Translations under genes and position numbers: made by a program
In this document: positions 20,224-30,525 of the stretch, in pieces
How positions within the stretch are numbered: the first letter of the stretch is position 1
Layout: every line of letters begins with the position of its first letter
Notes under the pieces: generated by a model
What the model was told of the DNA's origin: nothing
Databases searched by the model: none
What the model saw: the letters and a program-made list of their open reading frames with translations, nothing else
Assembly: GCA_963707955.1 (NCBI GenBank)
Contig: OY970176.1
Span: forward strand, 2,282,765 to 2,346,764
DNA length: 64,000 nucleotides
Direction of reading: 5' to 3'
From: Candidatus Bathyarchaeota archaeon
GTDB taxonomy: Archaea > Thermoproteota > Bathyarchaeia > Bathyarchaeales > Bathycorpusculaceae

Positions 20224-21219
20224 CGCGCGCGCGATCCATAGTGCAGGACCGTTTGCACCGTTGCCCCCATTTAAGAAAGTATCGACGCCTTGTGGGTCGT
20301 TTTCGAAGACTTGGCCATTGTCAGCCCATATTCCAACGGTGTACCAAGAAACGCTTTCATTGTTGACTTTGTCAAAGGTTATCGCGACACCCCATGCTGG
20401 ATAAATCGCAAAATCGTCTCCTCTGAACATGTCAATGTCCCGGAGCCAAGTGAGTGACGCATTCACAGAGACGACCCGCTGTCCGTGTTGTTGCGCGTAG
20501 TTTTGGGCAATGGAATTTGCGATGACCTCTGCTTCTTCCTCTGAGACAGTAATGTTTGTACTTGCAACGTAATAGAGGTCCATGTTATCGGAGATCGAGG
20601 TTACTAGGCCGTTCTTTGACACGCATATTCCCAGAAATTCCTCAAAATTCGTGTTGTTTATTCTTTTCGCCCATTGAAGGTCGGTGTATCTCCTGTAGTC
20701 TTCGGGCGTTGAGCAGTTTGCAACGCATGACGCATTCAGTACAGTGTCGCCATTTTCGGCAGAGAATTTAGAATTGTTAAGCGCAGCGGGGATCATTTCG
20801 GCGAATGTGTCGCCATAGGTCAAGTTCAGGGTTTCTCCGTATTGTCTGACAGTTCTGCTTGCCACTGCTAAACAGTTGCTAAAAGTTTCATTTCCAGAGA
20901 ACTGGGTAGTAGGTGAGGTTAAGTCAAACATGGTGAGTTTTCCATCCTCGAGGAGCATCGAAGCCACGAACGTGTCGTTGTTGACTGTGACCTCCAATTG
21001 CATGGGAGTCTCAACGTGTTCAGAACCAGTCATTGTGCTACCTGTCGTGGAGTTGAAGGAGACGATTTGGAAATTGCTGAATCCGATGACCTTCGTCAGA
21101 AAATTCGTGGCGAACTGCCCTGTAACGTCATACGCGTGCCCATGCACAATCGTAGTCGGCAGGGTTGCCGAGAATACGAGAAAGATGCCTAAGAAAGCCA
21201 TGATACACTTCTTGCTCAT
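20197..21219 (-). CDS. Secreted hypothetical protein, C-terminal anchor apparently truncated
   Basis: Signal peptide; many N-X-S/T sequons; YPAW...WADNGQV PepSY-like end; sequence changes character at CGCGCGCGCG 20224-20233. Confidence 0.75.
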   Translation of the reverse strand: MSKKCIMAFLGIFLVFSATLPTTIVHGHAYDVTGQFATNFLTKVIGFSNFQIVSFNSTTGSTMTGSEHVETPMQLEVTVNNDTFVASMLLEDGKLTMFDLTSPTTQFSGNETFSNCLAVASRTVRQYGETLNLTYGDTFAEMIPAALNNSKFSAENGDTVLNASCVANCSTPEDYRRYTDLQWAKRINNTNFEEFLGICVSKNGLVTSISDNMDLYYVASTNITVSEEEAEVIANSIAQNYAQQHGQRVVSVNASLTWLRDIDMFRGDDFAIYPAWGVAITFDKVNNESVSWYTVGIWADNGQVFENDPQGVDTFLNGGNGANGPALWIARANEGSSHCF

Positions 21220-21545
21220 GGTTTTTCCCCAAATTGTATAGAAACACTCCGGCTTTTAAGATTTTGCATACATTTGCTAGTTGTATTGACAAAAATGAAA
21301 AAAGCGTTCTCACCGTGCAATTAGCCCTCTTGTATCATCGAGCCATCACCCCACCGTTAACAGGGAGAAGCATCACCCCGTCAAGTTATCAGAACCAGAT
21401 ATTACTTCCTTCTAAATTTCTTCTCACCATTCCCCGCCTACCGTTAAAATCTGTTTCCCAAGCGTTGAGAACCCAGAGTTCGATAGTGAACCGTGTCTTT
21501 CAGATTTATCATGAAGGTTTCAATGTCAGGCCTTTCCAGAAACTT

Positions 21546-21708
21546 GCAGCTCTGATCAGTTGGCCTAAGACAAAGAGAATGCTGGTTACAGCATATTTGA
21601 AGCAGCGGGCTCGAACCCGTTTAGGTCTAAGTCCGGCTCGGCCCATTTTTAGCAGAGAGAGAAAGTGGACTTGACCCCGTTTGGGTTCTAATCCCAACCG
21701 GTCCACCA
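21546..21708 (+). repeat. Att-like element copy C with two tandem tRNA-3'-end-like tails
   Basis: Core repeat, then AAGTCCGGCTCGGCCCA, then a second right end with AATCCCAACCGGTCCACCA. Confidence 0.9.
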
Positions 21709-21732
21709 CCGTTTTTGCTGCTCGCCTCTGGT

Positions 21733-22703
21733 TTAGTACCCGAGGTTTTTGTCTACGACGTTGATTAGGGGTTGTTTGTGAATGAATCGGTTCAGGTTTT
21801 CTGTGAATATGTTCGTTAATCGTTCGGCGTAGTGTGGTGTGTCCCCCGCGATGTGAGGGGTGATTATGACGTTCTTGAAGTTCCAGAGTTCGCTGTTTTC
21901 TGGTAGGGGTTCGTTTTCAAAGGTGTCCAAGCCCGCGCCGGCGATCCATCCTTTTTTGAGGGCTTGAACGAGTTTGTTTTCTTGAATGATTTTTCCTCTG
22001 CTCACGTTGATGAGTATGCCCGTGCGTTTCATGCTTCTTAACTGCCTTTCTCCGATCATTCCTTCTGTTTCCTTAGTCAGGGGCAAAGAGAGAACGGCGA
22101 AGTCAGACTCGGCGAGCAACTGGTTCAAATCAGCGGGGTGGATAAGCCTGTCAACATAGGTCGATGCTGCACTGGTCGGGTCTCTTTTCGTGGCGATCAC
22201 CCTCATTCCGAGGCACTTTGCTTTTTTGGCAATCTCCGTTCCGATCTTGCCAAGTCCTACTATTCCTAGGGTTTTGCCTGACAATTCTTCGATCATCGGC
22301 GAGGTCCATGTTTCGGGCCGTTCCCACTTCTTCTCCGTCTGATTTCTGATGAAGACATGCAACCTTCGAGTGAAACAGAGCATCATACCGATGACGTGTT
22401 CCGAGATGGGCGTTGGATGGATGCCTCCAGCGTTCGTCACAATCACCCTGCTGTTTACTACTTCCGGAATGAGAATCCTCTCAACACCCGCGCCCCAAGA
22501 TTGGATCCACTTCAGTTTCTTGGCAGCTTGGAACAGTTCTTTCGAAAAGAAACCAGCAAACAGACCATCCACATCCTTGGCAAGGGCCAGACTTCTTCTT
22601 TCTCTTCGCTCTTCACGACTTCAACTTCAGGCGAAACATTCCTGATCTTCTCAACATAAATCTCGGGCAAATCGAAAGAAATCAGAATCTTCGTCATTAC
22701 CAT
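21733..22703 (-). pseudogene. D-2-hydroxyacid dehydrogenase, frameshift near 22590
   Basis: LKWIQSWGAGV, GIVGLGKIG, INVSRG, AGLDTFENEPLP, ITPHIAG; N-terminus MVMTKILISF lies in another frame. Confidence 0.85.
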
Positions 22704-22788
22704 ATCAGAGACCTCCAATCAGGATCGACCAGTCAACATATGTCAACTTAGACAAGGGGACACGACGGTATTTAAATCGCGCGCGCTC

Positions 22789-22886
22789 GGGACGGGCAGC
22801 TCTGAATCAGTTGGCCTAAGACAAAGAGAATGCTGGTCACAGGATATTTGAAGCAGCTGACTCGAACCCATTTGGGTTCTAATCCC
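22789..22886 (+). repeat. Att-like element copy D
   Basis: Core repeat begins just after CGCGCGCGC (22778-22786). Confidence 0.9.
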
Positions 22887-22997
22887 TAGAGACCAATTCC
22901 GGAAACGGTACGAATCCTTATAGTTCTGCCTTTCTTGCACAAGCGCGCGCTAAGTGGCTTTTCACGGCCGTCTTGAGGCGTGCGAGTTCTCTTTTAC

Positions 22998-23369
22998 TTA
23001 CGCTTGAATGTGTTGATGTTGTTTTTCTTTGCTTCTTTCACTGTTGTATCTTTCCCTCAGCCTTCTTATTCTGTCTTGGAGTACTGCTAGTCCCTTTTCA
23101 GGGCTCAACCCTAACTCTTGTGATAGTGCTTCTACGATTGCGTCCTCTAGGATTGTGGGAGCGCCGAGAATCTGTCCTCTGCTTGTCCCGAGTAGGTCTC
23201 TGAGCTTTGCGGAAAACAGGTCTAACTTTGTGGGTATGTCCTGCATGGGACAAGAGCTCTTTTCGAGGTAGTCGTAGATTATGAGTGTGTTTCGGTCGCC
23301 CAGGACGTACCTGAGTGTTTTGTCTAAGGTTTTGAGTAGGATCTCATCGAATTCGTCCATGCTTTGCAA
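22998..23369 (-). CDS. DUF3227/Nitrosopumilus-output-domain-like protein
   Basis: ILLKTLDKTLRYVLG...IIYDYLE...IP.KLD.F...LRDLLG...ILE..IV pattern. Confidence 0.65.
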   Translation of the reverse strand: MQSMDEFDEILLKTLDKTLRYVLGDRNTLIIYDYLEKSSCPMQDIPTKLDLFSAKLRDLLGTSRGQILGAPTILEDAIVEALSQELGLSPEKGLAVLQDRIRRLRERYNSERSKEKQHQHIQA

Positions 23370-23502
23370 CCCGCTTGATTTCTATGCCTTTCACCCTGCA
23401 ACTTATGGCACGACCGCTCTCAGCGTCTTTTCAAGGACGAGTCACCGTTTGGGTTTGCGTTCGGACGGTTTTGAAGAGGCGAACCGTTCGCACCACATCC
23501 CT

Positions 23503-23856
23503 CTACTTTCTCTTCACGTGTCTGCAGTGGTTCTGAAGGGGCTGTGCCCACTCGCGGGAAGAAGTCCTTATCGTCACTTCTGTTGTGTTGAGGCCCAGTG
23601 CGATCTGTCTCTGAGTTCTGATGCTGCCGCACCGTTGCCCTAGAAGGTAGAACAGTCCGCCTACGATTCCCTTTGCGCTCTTGCCGCTGAAAAACGTTGG
23701 GTCTGTCTGGTACTTTTCGCGGATGACGGTCAGGGTCTCTGACGCTATTTCTGTGGCCACTTGGTTTTGACTCTGCCATATTTTCTGCGCGAGTGACAGT
23801 ATCTCTTGTTCTCCTATTCGGTTCAGGATGCGAGTCCTCTCGGCCTTGCTCATCAT
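23503..23856 (-). CDS. Stand-alone TFB/TFIIB C-terminal cyclin-repeat-like protein
   Basis: GKSAKGIVGGLFYLL...RTQRQIA..LNTTEVTIR resembles the TFB second repeat GKxPxGxAAAxLY...TQxEIA..AGVTEVTIRNR. Confidence 0.75.
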   Translation of the reverse strand: MMSKAERTRILNRIGEQEILSLAQKIWQSQNQVATEIASETLTVIREKYQTDPTFFSGKSAKGIVGGLFYLLGQRCGSIRTQRQIALGLNTTEVTIRTSSREWAQPLQNHCRHVKRK

Positions 23857-24101
23857 TGTTCTACTCGATTTTTCATGCTCGTTCGTTTTGATTCCGCCGT
23901 AGCTGCACTTTTTTCTGTCCTGTCGAAGCATGTTGCACCTGTTAATTCATGTGTGAAGATGTCGGCGATAGAACTCTCGGTTTTCTTTTGGTCTGGAACA
24001 TGCATGAGACTCGGAGCGCGGCTTGTTCTCACTAAGTGCCTTTCCGCGTGTATATTTTACTTTCGGTCTGTTTGGCGAATATTTTGCGTAAAAAGTAAAA
24101 G

Positions 24102-25235
24102 CTAACAGGTTACGGCCGATTCGTTTATCGTGAACTGGAGTCTCTCTAGGTATTTTTCGCTGTCGTATTCCCACTTGTTGTTCTTGAAGTACTCGTATGA
24201 GATGGTTTGTCTTTCTGTTTTGGTCGCGTCTTCGGTCACGTATTCGTAGGTTTCAATAAATCCGTTTCTGACGAGTTTGGAGAGCGTCGTGATAAAGTGC
24301 GTGAGTTCTTGTCTCGGCATGTAGATTCGGACGAACAGATGGTTCTTGTCGTACACTTTTCCCATGGCTCTGACGAAGGGCTTGTCCAACAGTGAACAGG
24401 CGAACTTCTTGAATGTCTCGTGGTCCTTGAACGAAAATATGAAGAAGTGAAGGTCAGGGGACAATTCCTTATAGTGGTCTGCGAGTATCTGGGGCCCTTC
24501 AAACATCTGTTTTTTTACTACGTGATTGTCATAGTGGTACTTTATTCTCTGCTCGCTCGTGCCAAGCTTCTCTGCTATTCGCTGGAGTCTGATGGTGCAG
24601 TCTTTTTCAAGCTCTTTCAGTATCATGATGTCCGTCCAGTCTGCTTTCTGGGGGTAGTCGGCGGATTGTCTGAGTGTGAAGGGCAATTCTCCCTGGCAGA
24701 TCTGTGATTCGCGAAGCCACAGGTCCCAGGGAAAGACCCAGTTTTCCGAGGCGCCGTCAAACCATGTGCTGGTGGTGTTCACACTGTGTATGCACGTTGA
24801 CCAAAGGTGTCTGACTTCTGTTATGGTGCTCGTTTCCCTGAGTTGGTTTATGAATTCTTCAAACTTGTTTTCTTTTCCAGCTGGGATGCCGTAGGTTGCT
24901 ACGCATCCGGGCTTCCCAATGCATTGACTGACGTAAAGCCAGTAATCGTTGCACTTTAGGCATTTGTAGAGGAGGTCTTCGTATCCTGGCTTGGATTCGG
25001 CCAGCACCACCACTTTTCTTAGGCCAATGTTGGTGTGGTACAAGTTTCCCTGCAAATACAGAGAAAAATGGGAACGAAGATGGTTGATCCTGTGCAGCAA
25101 TGTTTCTCTGGGCATGTTGAGCTGCGCTGCGAGGTTAGTCATGTTTCTGGCGTGGTACAGCGCTAGTCCTTCCAGTACTTTCACATCAATCCAGCGAAGC
25201 TTTGCCTGCTTAGTCGACTTCGTCAATGTGACCAC
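24102..25235 (-). CDS. Double Lrp/AsnC-type wHTH transcriptional regulator
   Basis: Two HTHs (IDVKVLEGL...LAAQLNMPRETLLHRI; DIMILKELEKD...IAEKLGTSEQRIKYHY), each followed by an alpha/beta sensor-like region. Confidence 0.8.
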   Translation of the reverse strand: MVTLTKSTKQAKLRWIDVKVLEGLALYHARNMTNLAAQLNMPRETLLHRINHLRSHFSLYLQGNLYHTNIGLRKVVVLAESKPGYEDLLYKCLKCNDYWLYVSQCIGKPGCVATYGIPAGKENKFEEFINQLRETSTITEVRHLWSTCIHSVNTTSTWFDGASENWVFPWDLWLRESQICQGELPFTLRQSADYPQKADWTDIMILKELEKDCTIRLQRIAEKLGTSEQRIKYHYDNHVVKKQMFEGPQILADHYKELSPDLHFFIFSFKDHETFKKFACSLLDKPFVRAMGKVYDKNHLFVRIYMPRQELTHFITTLSKLVRNGFIETYEYVTEDATKTERQTISYEYFKNNKWEYDSEKYLERLQFTINESAVTC

Positions 25236-25285
25236 GTCAGCACCGTTAGCGTGTTATAGGCAGTGTGACTTTAGAAACTTTTGGT

Positions 25286-25495
25286 CTAACCAAGTCCGCC
25301 TAACACCATCGGCGTTCCGCCGCCTGGAACAGGATCACCCATCATCGGACTCGCGTAATCGGCTGTTGGCGCGTGCACGTCGAGTACTTTCCATCCGAGG
25401 CTCTTTGCGAAGACTGTGGGGATTATTGCGGCGGCAAGGACTGCTGAGCACAACAGGACAAGCATAGGCAAGAACTTGACGATTTTTGAGGCCAT
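25286..25495 (-). CDS. Secreted 69-aa peptide (putative signalling propeptide)
   Basis: Strong AAAGGAGGTGA Shine-Dalgarno; signal peptide ending ...VFA; C-terminal MGDPVPGGGTP. Confidence 0.75.
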   Translation of the reverse strand: MASKIVKFLPMLVLLCSAVLAAAIIPTVFAKSLGWKVLDVHAPTADYASPMMGDPVPGGGTPMVLGGLG

Positions 25496-25726
25496 GTGTT
25501 CACCTCCTTTTACATTCGGTAATAGAAATCATGCTTATCTAGCATAAATAAAAAACGTCTGTGAGGGTAACGCTCAGCGCGCGTTTGGCAATGGAACCAA
25601 CACGTTCTGCTCTCTAGGGTGCTCTAGAGTTGACAGTGACGCGTCAAAGTAATCGTTAAATGGGCAGAGGACAATTACAACGTGCCTGAGCTGCTTGGCG
25701 CTCGCCGTTTTGGAGATGAATCATGA

Positions 25727-27862
25727 ATGAGCACGGAAATAGGTGAGGATGACTCAGGAAATGCCGCTTCGGGTTTCCTGTTCTTAGGCAAAACCGTGGT
25801 TGATGAGACTGAGGTTCTGTTGCCGATTCAGGCTTTCAAGCGTCATTTCATGGCGCTCGGGGGAAGCGGTTCGGGTAAGACCGTGCTGTGCAAATGTGTC
25901 ATTGAGGAGGCCGTGCGGAACAACGTTCCAGTCCTAATAGTCGATCCGCAGGGGGACATTTCGTCCCTTGCGATAAAGGGTGACGTCGAGGAGTTGATGC
26001 GGCACGGGACAGCGGTTGAAGTGCAGGAGGACTTTTTCAGTAAGGCGCGTGTAGCGATTTTTACTCCTGCGAGCAACAGGGCGATTCCGATATGTGTCAA
26101 CCCTTTCAGGTCTCCTTCACAGGACATTCCGCATGAGGAGGCGGTACAGGCCATCGATCTCACGGCGGATTCTCTAGCGGGCTTCCTAGGTTATGATCTA
26201 AACGGGGACGCTGGAAAAAGTGCGAAGGCTTACATCTTCACGATTCTGGAATACATGTGGCAACAGGGACAGAGAATCGGTGACATGGCTCAACTCGCCG
26301 ACGTCGTATTGAACCCTCCTGAGAAGATTACTGCGACTCTGAACGGTCTTGTGGCGAAGAAAGAACCTGAGGAGATTGCCCGAAAGCTGCGTTTCTTGAC
26401 AGTGGGCACTTCGTCGCTCATGTTTCAGATGGGAGTCCAAATAGACATCAACCTGTTCGTGGACAACAGCGATGGAAAAGTACCGGTGAACATAATCTAT
26501 CTTAACACGTTGACGTCTGAGAACGATAAACAGTTTTTCTTGGCTACGTTGCTTAAGGAGCTTTATTGTTGGATGCTGAAGAACCCCTCCAACGATTTGC
26601 GGATGCTCTTCTACGTTGATGAAATCTCACCTTACATTCCACCCTACCCGAGGAACCCGCCGCCAAAAAACGCTTACACGCTCCTGTTTAAGCAGGCGAG
26701 AAAGTACGGCATAGGACTCGTTGCGGCCACCCAGAACATCACGGACATAGACTACAAAGCATTGGCGCAGGTCAACACGTGGTGTCTAGGCCGCATGATG
26801 ACAACCCAAGACATCGCGAGAGTCCAGAAAATCATTCAGTCCATCGACCCCGTACATGCTGATGCCGTTTTGCAGAAACTGCCCAGCCTGCAGACGGGCG
26901 AGTTTCTTCTCCTGTCTCCAGACCTGTACAGTGACGTAGTCGATTTTGACGTTCGGTGGTTGGTCAGTAAACACTTGACGTTGGACGAGAGGAATCTCGC
27001 CCAGTACGTGCCCGCAGAATCAAGGGCCTTTTTCGAAAAACACGTGCAGGCGGATGTCATGAAGAAATGGACCAATGCTGCCCATTTTGAACCGTCTAAG
27101 ACTCTGGATGAAAAGATTCAACGGTTACTCCGTTCAGAAGGAAGGGCCGTTCCAGCATTGTTCGTAGCAACGGACCTGAAGATAAGTCAGGGGGACTCTG
27201 AGAGGGTCTTGGCTAGTCTTGTAAAAGCTGGAATAGTCAAGAAGGGCCGAAACAAGGCTGATGGTGAAACCTTGTACTGGCTGTCAGAATTCAACTTGGA
27301 CCCGTCTATAGGCATTAGAGGTGAAGTGTTGATGATTTCTCCAGTAATCAGCCAAGCAGAAGCCGTGAAAAAGTCTGCTCCTCTGCTTGAGGGGGGAGTG
27401 TTTCATAAAGACGAGCAAGTCTACGATGCTGAGTTCCGCTATGTGCCCCTCTGGAGAGTGAGGGCAACCAAAGAAACACGATTGCTTCTCGTCAAGAAGA
27501 AAGAGGCACGCACATACTACGTCAGCGGAGAGATGGGTGACCTCGTATCGCTGGAAAAAAGGGAGATAATGTTTCACAAGTTGCTTTCAGGCACGTCTCA
27601 GAAACTCAGAAATCTGGATGAGGACAAACGCTTTACATTCGTCTCAAAAATGCCCGGCGAAATGGACAAGTTACCCCAGATAAGGCTAAGCAAGAATAAA
27701 GCGTGTCAGACGTTGGAATTGAAGATAGGCGTGAAGTCAGAGTCAGCGGAACTGGTTCTGCTGCCCATCTGGAGCCTTAAGGTGCAGCACAAAACGAAGA
27801 AGGCAAGACGCACAATCAACATGGATGCAGCCACGGGACGCCTGCTTGTTGGGAACGTTTAG
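25727..27862 (+). CDS. HerA/FtsK-superfamily (DUF87/DUF853-like) ATPase with C-terminal wHTH-like extension
   Basis: GGSGSGKT Walker A, IVDPQGD, FYVDE Walker B, ARKYGIGLVAATQ. Confidence 0.9.
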   Translation: MSTEIGEDDSGNAASGFLFLGKTVVDETEVLLPIQAFKRHFMALGGSGSGKTVLCKCVIEEAVRNNVPVLIVDPQGDISSLAIKGDVEELMRHGTAVEVQEDFFSKARVAIFTPASNRAIPICVNPFRSPSQDIPHEEAVQAIDLTADSLAGFLGYDLNGDAGKSAKAYIFTILEYMWQQGQRIGDMAQLADVVLNPPEKITATLNGLVAKKEPEEIARKLRFLTVGTSSLMFQMGVQIDINLFVDNSDGKVPVNIIYLNTLTSENDKQFFLATLLKELYCWMLKNPSNDLRMLFYVDEISPYIPPYPRNPPPKNAYTLLFKQARKYGIGLVAATQNITDIDYKALAQVNTWCLGRMMTTQDIARVQKIIQSIDPVHADAVLQKLPSLQTGEFLLLSPDLYSDVVDFDVRWLVSKHLTLDERNLAQYVPAESRAFFEKHVQADVMKKWTNAAHFEPSKTLDEKIQRLLRSEGRAVPALFVATDLKISQGDSERVLASLVKAGIVKKGRNKADGETLYWLSEFNLDPSIGIRGEVLMISPVISQAEAVKKSAPLLEGGVFHKDEQVYDAEFRYVPLWRVRATKETRLLLVKKKEARTYYVSGEMGDLVSLEKREIMFHKLLSGTSQKLRNLDEDKRFTFVSKMPGEMDKLPQIRLSKNKACQTLELKIGVKSESAELVLLPIWSLKVQHKTKKARRTINMDAATGRLLVGNV

Positions 27863-28004
27863 AAGCATTTGCACGCTAAATGGCGCGCGCTTGTTACAGT
27901 TTATGTGTCTCCAACCCCTAGGGAAAACCTTTCGAATCAAATCGTCGGAAACACAGAATAGTGAAAAAAGCACACGAGTCACTTAAGATAGCGCTTGCTC
28001 GGTT

Positions 28005-28135
28005 GGTCCTGAACCCTTTTGGGTATGGGGACGGGCAGTTCTGAATCAGTTGGCCTAAGACAAAGAGAATGTTGGGTACAGGATATTTGAAGCAGTGGAC
28101 TCGAACCCATTTGGGTTCTAATCCCAAGAAGCCCA
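28005..28135 (+). repeat. Att-like element copy E (full length)
   Basis: Both GAACCCwTTTGGGT hairpins present; tail AATCCCAAGAAGCCCA. Confidence 0.9.
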
Positions 28136-28271
28136 TTTCTTTTTGGCAATGGAACCGGTCCTGTCCACCAATCAACAAAATTAGCGCACGCTAATATCTA
28201 CTCAGGTGACTTGAAAAAAGAATATAAAAACGGGGAGAAAACCAATCTTAGAATAGAGCTGTTGGCTTGAT

Positions 28272-28421
28272 CTAGTATCGGTCTCTTCTTGGGGGTGCTC
28301 TCTTAGCGTAACATTCTCGGCAGTATACTGGTCTGCTGCCATCAGGCTTGAATGGCACTTCACATTCCTTTTTGCATTCAGCGCAAACTGCCTTGTACAT
28401 TTCTTTTCTCTCATATGTCAA
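28272..28421 (-). CDS. CxxC-x17-CxxC zinc-ribbon microprotein
   Basis: AVCAECKKECEVPFKPDGSRPVYCREC. Confidence 0.9.
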   Translation of the reverse strand: MTYERKEMYKAVCAECKKECEVPFKPDGSRPVYCRECYAKRAPPRRDRY

Positions 28422-28790
28422 CTCTCTCAACTCCTTTACGGTTGCTGTGCAAAAATCACTTCTTACACGCTGCACCTACCCTTCACACCGACACTTATAA
28501 ACAAATGCCTCATAAATCATAAAGCCTAGACTCATAGAGTCTGAATCAGAGAACAACAGACGCCCGCGCCCCATTGTTACGGAAAATCTTTACGTATCAC
28601 CCGCCGCGCAGCGCGCGCGCAACTTTGCCATGCCCAGAAGCCTTCAGAACCGTAGTTCTCCGGTGTTCGTTGTGAATATACCCTGACCGTGAGAACTACC
28701 CGCACGCGACGGGCTGTGGTAAAGATTTATATTTGTGAGCACTTTTGCCTTATTCGGACTAGTAAAATTAACCTTGGATGGAGGGTTTGT

Positions 28791-30440
28791 ATGGCTTATT
28801 TGACAACAACTGCGACGGGCCAACCAGTTTTAATTCTTAAGGAAGGTACGACCCGAAGCAGAGGAAAAGAAGCTCAGAGAAACAACATGATGGCAGCTCG
28901 TGTGATTGGTGAAGTGTTGAAGACGACTTTGGGACCGCGCGGTATGGACAAGATGCTCGTTGACAGCTTGGGAGACATAACGATAACGAATGACGGTGCA
29001 GTAATACTGAACAAGATGGAAGTTGAACATCCAGCGGCGAAGATGATGGTGGAAATCGCAAAAACACAGGACGACATGGTGGGCGATGGGACAACAACCG
29101 TCGTGGTGCTTGCAGCCGAACTACTGAAAAAGGCTGAGGAGCTTCTAGAACAGAATATACACCCGACAATAATTGTAAGCGGCTACCGCAAAGCAGCGCA
29201 AAAGGCGGTTGACGTCATAAACAACATCGCAATCCAAGTGGACATCGAAGACCGTGCAACACTCAAGAAAGTCGCGGTGACCTCGATGGCGAGCAAAGCG
29301 GTCGGTGCAGCAAAGGAACATTTGGCAGACATCGCCATTGACGCTGTGAGACAGATAGCCGAAACACGTGGAGACAAAATGCTAGCGGACATAGACAACA
29401 TCCAAGTGATAAAGAAAACTGGTAAAAGCGTCTTCGAATCCCAACTCGTCAAAGGCCTTGTGATAGACAAGGAAGTTGTTCACCCTGGAATGCCCAAAAA
29501 AGTCGAAAAAGCAAAAATAGCCTTGCTCGACTGCGCTCTAGAAATCGAGAAAACGGAGATGAGCGCTGAAATACGGATACGTGACCCAAACCAGATGAAA
29601 GCGTTCTTTGATCAAGAAAACAAGATGTTACAGGGCATGGTTGAGAAAATCAAAGCCTCGGGCGCAAACGTTGTTTTCTGCCAGAAAGGCATAGACGAGA
29701 TGGCTCAACATTTTCTGGCAAAAGAGGGAATAATGGCTGCTAGAAGAGTGAAACAGTCAGACATGGAAAAGCTGACAAGAGCGACAGGTGGAAGAATAAC
29801 CTCAAATCTGGCCGATCTAAGAGCGCAGGACTTGGGCGCGGCAGGCATCGTTGAAGAACGTAAGCTTGGCGAAGACAAAATGATCTTTGTCGAAAAATGC
29901 AAGGACCCACGCTCAGTTGCTATCATCATAAGAGCTGGACTCGAAAGAATGGTTGACGAGGCGGAAAGAGCGATGACTGACGCCTTGTCGGTTGTTTCCG
30001 ACGTGATAGAGACTAACAAGATAGTTGCAGGCGGCGGTGCAGTAGAAGTCGAAGTGGCCAAAGAATTGCGAAACTACGCTACAAGCGTGGGCGGAAGAGA
30101 ACAACTTGCAATAGAAATGTTTGCCGACGCCGTTGAGGTAATACCTAAAACCTTGGCTGAAAACGCGGGACTGGAGCCCATTGACATAATCGTGGAATTG
30201 AGAGGCGCACATGGGAAACCAGAGGGTCAATACAAGGGCGTGAACGTTTTCACAGGAAAGGTTGAAGACATGTGCAAAGAAGGCGTCGTCGAACCAATAA
30301 TCGTGAAAGAACAAGCAATGAAGTCAGCCACAGAATCCGCAGCAATGATACTCCGCATAGACGACGTGATAGCCTCAACCAAACCCAAAGAAGGACCGGG
30401 AGCAGGCAAACCACCTGGCGGCGCAGAAAGCGAAGATTAG
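28791..30440 (+). CDS. ths: Thermosome subunit (group II chaperonin)
   Basis: [37 protein letters not shown]. Confidence 0.98.
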   Translation: MAYLTTTATGQPVLILKEGTTRSRGKEAQRNNMMAARVIGEVLKTTLGPRGMDKMLVDSLGDITITNDGAVILNKMEVEHPAAKMMVEIAKTQDDMVGDGTTTVVVLAAELLKKAEELLEQNIHPTIIVSGYRKAAQKAVDVINNIAIQVDIEDRATLKKVAVTSMASKAVGAAKEHLADIAIDAVRQIAETRGDKMLADIDNIQVIKKTGKSVFESQLVKGLVIDKEVVHPGMPKKVEKAKIALLDCALEIEKTEMSAEIRIRDPNQMKAFFDQENKMLQGMVEKIKASGANVVFCQKGIDEMAQHFLAKEGIMAARRVKQSDMEKLTRATGGRITSNLADLRAQDLGAAGIVEERKLGEDKMIFVEKCKDPRSVAIIIRAGLERMVDEAERAMTDALSVVSDVIETNKIVAGGGAVEVEVAKELRNYATSVGGREQLAIEMFADAVEVIPKTLAENAGLEPIDIIVELRGAHGKPEGQYKGVNVFTGKVEDMCKEGVVEPIIVKEQAMKSATESAAMILRIDDVIASTKPKEGPGAGKPPGGAESED

Positions 30441-30525
30441 AAAGGTTTCCCCGTTCTTCTTTTTCCAACTCTATTTTTGCATACCAAGAACTCAGTGTGA
30501 TTGCATAGCGATTTAGTGCGCGCTA

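Noticed and set aside
21660-21708. Complete tRNA gene
   Set aside because: Only the T-loop to CCA part is present; no 5' acceptor strand, D arm or anticodon arm upstream.
27918-28178. Similar short ORFs (GLEPKWVRVHCFKYP...) here and at 21509, 22743, 32016 and 8305
   Set aside because: They are translations of the non-coding repeat in varying frames and strands.
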